From: Nitrosarchaeum sp.
GTDB taxonomy: Archaea; Thermoproteota; Nitrososphaeria; Nitrososphaerales; Nitrosopumilaceae
Length of the DNA: 9,376 nt
Assembly: GCA_023265135.1 (NCBI GenBank)
Contig: JAHFUM010000004.1
Span: 83,036-92,411, forward strand
Direction of reading: 5' to 3'
This document shows, piece after piece, positions 5,802 to 9,376 of this stretch (the stretch's first letter is position 1; every line of letters starts with the position of its first letter). A program made the position numbers and the translations under genes. The notes under the pieces were generated by a model that was not told the DNA's origin, did not search any database, and was given only the letters and a program-made list of their open reading frames with translations.

Positions 5802-5895
5802 TTTTTAATCTATTTGTTTTCTAAAAATAAGGAGTTTCGATGGAGAGATATGTCTCATACATCACTTTAGTGCTAAATTAAAAATAAAGACTTTA

Positions 5896-5934
5896 TTCCT
5901 AAATCCTTAAGTTCATACAAAATTCAACAAACCC
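5896..5934 (+). promoter_or_regulatory. Promoter cassette copy (CTTAAG 5906-5911)
   Basis: ttcctaaatccttaagttcatacaaaattcaacaaaccc. CTTAAG is 29 nt before ATG 5935. The TTTAGAAAA right arm is not conserved in this copy. Confidence 0.65.
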
Positions 5935-6375
5935 ATGAGTTCTAAACAGACTGCAAATAAGGCTCTACAAATTTTAGTAAAATCAAATAAAGGATTTCAC
6001 CTTGTCTCAAAAAAGGAACATGGAGTATTGCTTGTTGCATTTGCACGGTATAATAAAGTGCTCTATGGACAAGCCTATGATTTAATCAAATGCAAGAAAA
6101 AAATTAATTTTGAAAATGAAAAAGAAGTAGTTGACAATTTACGCCATATCACAATATACGAAATAAAATCCACGAACAGAAAAGACATGTCTAAGGATTT
6201 CAAGAATTATTTTTTTGATTTAACTACAGCAGAACTCCTAGTTGCACAAAACCTTGGAAAGCAGTTCAAATTTGCTTTTGTAAATACAACCACAAAACAA
6301 TTCATCGAATTATCCTTAGAAGAAGTATTTGCAAAATCTAAAAAACTATACCCTAAAATGGCAATTAGATTCTAA
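5935..6375 (+). CDS. Small cytoplasmic protein with a possible PD-(D/E)xK nuclease-like fold (DUF3883/Mrr-like pattern)
   Basis: 146 aa with no hydrophobic N-terminus. The pattern AYDLI ... ITIYEIKST ... FFDLTTAELLVAQNLGKQFKFAFVN resembles GyDi...iEVKst...f.lt.nE...a...g..y.ly.V of restriction-endonuclease-like domains. The family call is tentative. Confidence 0.6.
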   Translation: MSSKQTANKALQILVKSNKGFHLVSKKEHGVLLVAFARYNKVLYGQAYDLIKCKKKINFENEKEVVDNLRHITIYEIKSTNRKDMSKDFKNYFFDLTTAELLVAQNLGKQFKFAFVNTTTKQFIELSLEEVFAKSKKLYPKMAIRF

Positions 6376-6383
6376 ATTCTTTT

Positions 6384-6421
6384 TGTGTAAATCCTTAAGT
6401 TTTTAGAATATTAAACAAACT
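6384..6421 (+). promoter_or_regulatory. Promoter cassette copy (CTTAAG 6394-6399)
   Basis: tgtgtaaatccttaagtttttagaatattaaacaaact. CTTAAG is 28 nt before ATG 6422. A distal perfect inverted repeat, ATTCTAAA (6369-6376, including the upstream stop codon) and TTTAGAAT (6402-6409), is also present. Confidence 0.6.
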
Positions 6422-7450
6422 ATGCGTAAAGCACCTGCAATAGGAATAACCATCCTGTTAATAATTCTAATTTTTGGAGTACTGCTTGCATATTCGTATA
6501 CTCAGCTTTCAGTCACTCTTGATGATGTAAGATTTCATAGTATAGATTGGGCATCACTTTCATGGTCTACTTTGTTGAAGTTAGGTCTTAGTACATTAAC
6601 AGGAAATTGGTTGGGGGCAGCATTTGAGTTAATTGATGGGGTGAATCTAAATTTCATATTTGGATTAACAAACAATGGTCTTCTTCCAGTCTATATCCCT
6701 GATCTATCGTATGATATTTTGATAAATGACGTAAACATGGGAAGAGGCCACAGTGATGTCAATATTACAATCAATCCAGGACAAACACAACAAATCACAA
6801 CATTTCAAAATATCAAAAAAGATAGTTTGAGTCCAGCAGTATATTCAATTGTAAGTACAAAAGGCATATTGGATATTAAAGTAAAAGGAACAGCATACTT
6901 TCAATTCTTTGGTCTAAGTGTTCCAATTCCATTTGAATCATCAAAACAAATTTCAATTTACGATGAAATCAAAAATAAATTAAATTCTCAAATTCAAAAG
7001 AATAAACAGGAGCAAAAAAATTCTGTAATTTCTACTGTTGGAAAGTCACTCTCTAGTGCAATAAATTCAATCGCAAATGAATTGTTTGGATCTAAAGACT
7101 TGAATCTTTCATTGAAAGGACAAACAATAGTAGATTCAACTTTCAAAATAAGTCCAGGAACATATCGCTCTGTCTATTTTACATTAAGTTGTACTGCAAA
7201 TGTTCAAGGCGGTTTTATTGCAAGTGCTGTACTTGGTGATGATATTGTTGTCTATATTCTTGATGAGAGTGCATTCAACCAGTATGAAAGCGGACAAAAT
7301 ACATCTACATATTACAACAGCAACAAGGTAGAATCTGGAGTATTTGATGTAACTTTATCTCCAGGAAAATATCATATCGTAATGTCAAATACCTATTCAA
7401 CTTTTTCCACTAAAACAGTGCAATTACAGGCAGCTACTTCATGTATATGA
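6422..7450 (+). CDS. Membrane-anchored LEA_2/WHy-like (LEA14/NDR1-HIN1 type) domain protein with a C-terminal beta-sandwich-like domain
   Basis: N-terminal anchor (AIGITILLIILIFGVLLAY). FIFGLTNNGLLPVYIPDLSYDILINDVNMGRGHSDVNITINPGQTQQITT fits the LEA_2 pattern (l.v.NpN.f.l.i..l.ydl.lng..lg.g......i.a.g...v). The C-terminal 110 aa end in PGKYHIVMSNTYSTFSTKTVQL, reminiscent of the GOLD/emp24 G.Y.fcf.N..s....k.v motif (weak). Confidence 0.7.
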   Translation: MRKAPAIGITILLIILIFGVLLAYSYTQLSVTLDDVRFHSIDWASLSWSTLLKLGLSTLTGNWLGAAFELIDGVNLNFIFGLTNNGLLPVYIPDLSYDILINDVNMGRGHSDVNITINPGQTQQITTFQNIKKDSLSPAVYSIVSTKGILDIKVKGTAYFQFFGLSVPIPFESSKQISIYDEIKNKLNSQIQKNKQEQKNSVISTVGKSLSSAINSIANELFGSKDLNLSLKGQTIVDSTFKISPGTYRSVYFTLSCTANVQGGFIASAVLGDDIVVYILDESAFNQYESGQNTSTYYNSNKVESGVFDVTLSPGKYHIVMSNTYSTFSTKTVQLQAATSCI

Positions 7451-7526
7451 TTTGGAAAAAAACACAGAACAAACTAGAAATAAAATATTAGAATTTGCTG
7501 GGATTAAAAGCATATTCTAAATTCTA

Positions 7527-7565
7527 TTCCTAAATACTTAAGTTCATAGAATATTTAGAAAATCA
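7527..7565 (+). promoter_or_regulatory. Promoter cassette copy (CTTAAG 7537-7542)
   Basis: ttcctaaatacttaagttcatagaatatttagaaaatca. The arms TCCTAAATA (7528-7536) and TATTTAGAA (7552-7560) are complementary at 8 of 9 positions. CTTAAG is 29 nt before TTG 7566. Confidence 0.65.
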
Positions 7566-9194
7566 TTGAAGATTGTTTTAATTTTATTTTCAATATCCGT
7601 GTTTATTATTCCATTAAGTGTTTATGGGGACATTCCAGATATAGCATACAAAGATCATGCGTATTCAATGAAGACGTATTACTATGATTTAAAAAATGAT
7701 TTAAAAAATGGGATAACAACTGCGGAAAAGGCATTATCTGCTGCATCTTTTGAAAACTCTGAGGCTAAAAAAAAGATAGATGGAGCTTGGGGAATTAGAT
7801 CTATGGCTTGGGTATCTAATGGGAAAATTGAATCTAATTTGGGACAAACAGAAGAGTCTCTAAGTAACAAACACTATAAAAATTCGTACGATAAACTATT
7901 GCAAATTGACAAGAATGCATATTCACTAAAAGATAATCTTTATGCAACACTAAAGGAAATAAAAAATGCTCAAGGGTTAGAAAAAAAATATCAGGAAAGC
8001 AAAAAAACATGCATATTATTTTGGTGTTATGGAGACACAGATACATACAGTAAGGTTGACTCGAACATTCAAGATTTAGAATCAAAATTAAAAATAATTG
8101 AGAGCAAACTAGTACAAATAAAATCTGAGAAAAACAATGTAATTCAATCGATTCAAAAATATGAAATTACACAAAAAGATCTTCAACTTAAAAAATCAGA
8201 GACTCTAAGAAAACAAGAGAAATATAAGGCAGACCAGGAATTACGTGATCAAAAATACAAAGATGAACTTGCGCGTAAAAGATTAGAAGAACAAAATCAA
8301 AAAGAAAATCAGCGTCTTTTAGATCAGAACAATATTGAAATTGAAAAACAAGATATAATCAAAGAAGCTGAGTGGAGTCCTTTAATTCGAGGATTGATCA
8401 AAGGCCAGTTGAATTATTACGTGAATGAACTTCCTAGTTATTCAAGCTCAGATGTTAAGTCAAGTGTAGAATCATTGGCAAGTTTTATGGATGGCAAAAC
8501 ACCCCAAGGTGTAAGACTTAATCGTGTGTATAGTAGCGATTCAGCAGATCTTACATTTGATTGGGCAAAAGATTATCAAGAAGGAGCCATAGGAAGACAG
8601 ATTGGAAAATATTTGCTCATAGGCCTTGGAACAAATGGTTGTGATGGAAGTTGGAAACCATTTAACGCCAATACAGTTTACAAGATAATGTGGCACGAAA
8701 TGGGACATGCAATGGGATTTGCTCATTCCAAAGACAGCACAAACATTATGTACGAACTTGGAACTGGTAATGATTTTAGCATTGATTATGATAAGACCAT
8801 TAATCTAAAAGATGGATATGCAATATCTATTCCATTCTGTGATGGTGCAGGACAATATTCTTACGAAATTGAAAGCGATAGTAAATACACAGGATTTTCT
8901 GTCTATGCTGTACCGCCAACTATCCATTTTCAGGACATTGTAGATGGACATCCTGATAAAATATATCCTTGTGATGGCGGTAAAGGTTTTACACGTTTTT
9001 CATCTACTTGTTCAGTTGAAGATGGGGCGTATCTCTATATCGAGAATCCGTTAGATACTATTGTAACTTCAATGAATATTCATGTAAAAATTTATGATTT
9101 AACTGATGAAAGTCCAAAGAATATGGAATGGGATTCATCATATCAATACTTCCCATCGGAACATCTTGATTATGTCAGAAATCTATTTCGATAA
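7566..9194 (+). CDS. Secreted multidomain metzincin: signal peptide, helical N-domain, K/E/Q-rich coiled coil, matrixin-like zinc protease domain, C-terminal beta-rich domain
   Basis: The TTG start gives the signal peptide (M)KIVLILFSISVFIIPLSVYG/D. Residues around 170-260 are heptad-like and charged (KLKIIESKLVQIKSEKNN...RKRLEEQNQKENQRLLDQ). The zinc motif HEMGHAMGFAH (HExxHxxGxxH) is followed by the Met-turn NIMY. Confidence 0.8.
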   Translation: MKIVLILFSISVFIIPLSVYGDIPDIAYKDHAYSMKTYYYDLKNDLKNGITTAEKALSAASFENSEAKKKIDGAWGIRSMAWVSNGKIESNLGQTEESLSNKHYKNSYDKLLQIDKNAYSLKDNLYATLKEIKNAQGLEKKYQESKKTCILFWCYGDTDTYSKVDSNIQDLESKLKIIESKLVQIKSEKNNVIQSIQKYEITQKDLQLKKSETLRKQEKYKADQELRDQKYKDELARKRLEEQNQKENQRLLDQNNIEIEKQDIIKEAEWSPLIRGLIKGQLNYYVNELPSYSSSDVKSSVESLASFMDGKTPQGVRLNRVYSSDSADLTFDWAKDYQEGAIGRQIGKYLLIGLGTNGCDGSWKPFNANTVYKIMWHEMGHAMGFAHSKDSTNIMYELGTGNDFSIDYDKTINLKDGYAISIPFCDGAGQYSYEIESDSKYTGFSVYAVPPTIHFQDIVDGHPDKIYPCDGGKGFTRFSSTCSVEDGAYLYIENPLDTIVTSMNIHVKIYDLTDESPKNMEWDSSYQYFPSEHLDYVRNLFR

Positions 9195-9207
9195 AATATA
9201 CAATATC

Positions 9208-9376
9208 TATTCTATTCATAAATAATATAATAAAAAATATGATATTCTATTCATAAATAATATAATAAAAAATATGATATTCTATTCATAAATAATATAA
9301 TAAAAAATATGATATTCTATTCATAAATAATATAATAAAAAATATGATATTCTATTCATAAATAATATAATAAAAA
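9208..9376. repeat. Perfect 35-bp tandem repeat, 4 full copies plus 29 nt, truncated by the window end
   Basis: The unit tattctattcataaataatataataaaaaatatga occurs at 9208, 9243, 9278, 9313 and 9348 (partial). All copies are identical and contiguous with no spacers. A degenerate partial copy lies at 9195-9207. Confidence 0.95.

Noticed and set aside
7491-7520. EFAG...F* stretch as a thaumarchaeal PEFG-CTERM sorting signal
   Set aside because: No hydrophobic helix or basic tail follows, the stretch has no convincing start, and it is only 10 codons. It more likely reflects a relic or chance.
809-7565. The cassette array as an integron-like attC/gene-cassette system
   Set aside because: There is no integrase in the window. 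The cassettes lack the R''/R' (RYYYAAC/GTTRRRY) core pair of attC sites. Their fixed distance to start codons fits a promoter better than a recombination site. The idea is retained only as a remote alternative, testable by comparative synteny.
7767-8007. A7-A8 homopolymer runs inside the 7566 gene (7767-7774, 7981-7988, 8001-8007) and ORF 841 (1004-1011) as phase-variation switches
   Set aside because: Lys-codon A-runs are expected in a genome this A/T-rich, and there is no evidence of length heterogeneity from a single sequence.
841-9194. The whole island as an integrated virus or plasmid, because of many small genes with one shared promoter
   Set aside because: No capsid, integrase, replication or packaging genes, and no att-like terminal repeats, are recognisable in the window. 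The gene products look like cellular envelope proteins.
9208-9376. The 35-bp repeat array as a CRISPR array
   Set aside because: The units are directly contiguous with no unique spacers, are extremely A/T-rich, and lack a palindromic core typical of CRISPR repeats. No cas genes are in the window. It is a tandem satellite, not a CRISPR.

Overview
AT-rich window with archaeal-style organisation. There are no Shine-Dalgarno motifs, and TATA-like hexamers sit about 29 nt upstream of start codons, which implies leaderless mRNAs. The style and one protein motif (IPDWIKNNAKWW) resemble marine Nitrosopumilales-type Thaumarchaeota, but that is inference only. I call eleven coding regions: a GNAT acetyltransferase (-), a 2-TM protein carrying only the first part of an Mrr-type nuclease domain (probably decayed), a secreted matrixin-like metzincin (-, the only inverted gene inside the run), a PH-like/SHOCT protein, a secreted protein ending in two copies of a W-rich 40-aa module, a 65-aa 2-TM protein, a membrane-anchored Excalibur-domain protein, an anchored helical hypothetical, a small cytoplasmic PD-(D/E)xK-like protein, an anchored LEA_2/WHy-like protein, and a 542-aa signal-peptide/coiled-coil/metzincin protein. 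The most unusual signal is non-coding. A conserved cassette of about 40 nt (consensus by eye TTCCTAAATCCTTAAGTTCATACAAAATTTAGAAAATC) precedes eight consecutive + strand genes at nearly fixed spacing, with CTTAAG 28-29 nt before the start in seven of eight. It carries dyad symmetry around the TATA-like core. An orphan copy points into the 3' end of the inverted protease gene. Directly after the last gene, the 5' half of the cassette is amplified into a perfect 35-bp tandem array that runs off the window. I read this as a co-regulated, cassette-organised island of individually transcribed leaderless genes encoding mostly exported or membrane proteins, bracketed by two metzincin proteases. Whether the extended motif is island-specific or simply the lineage's generic promoter cannot be decided from this window. 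No rRNA, tRNA, CRISPR, transposase or integrase was recognised.
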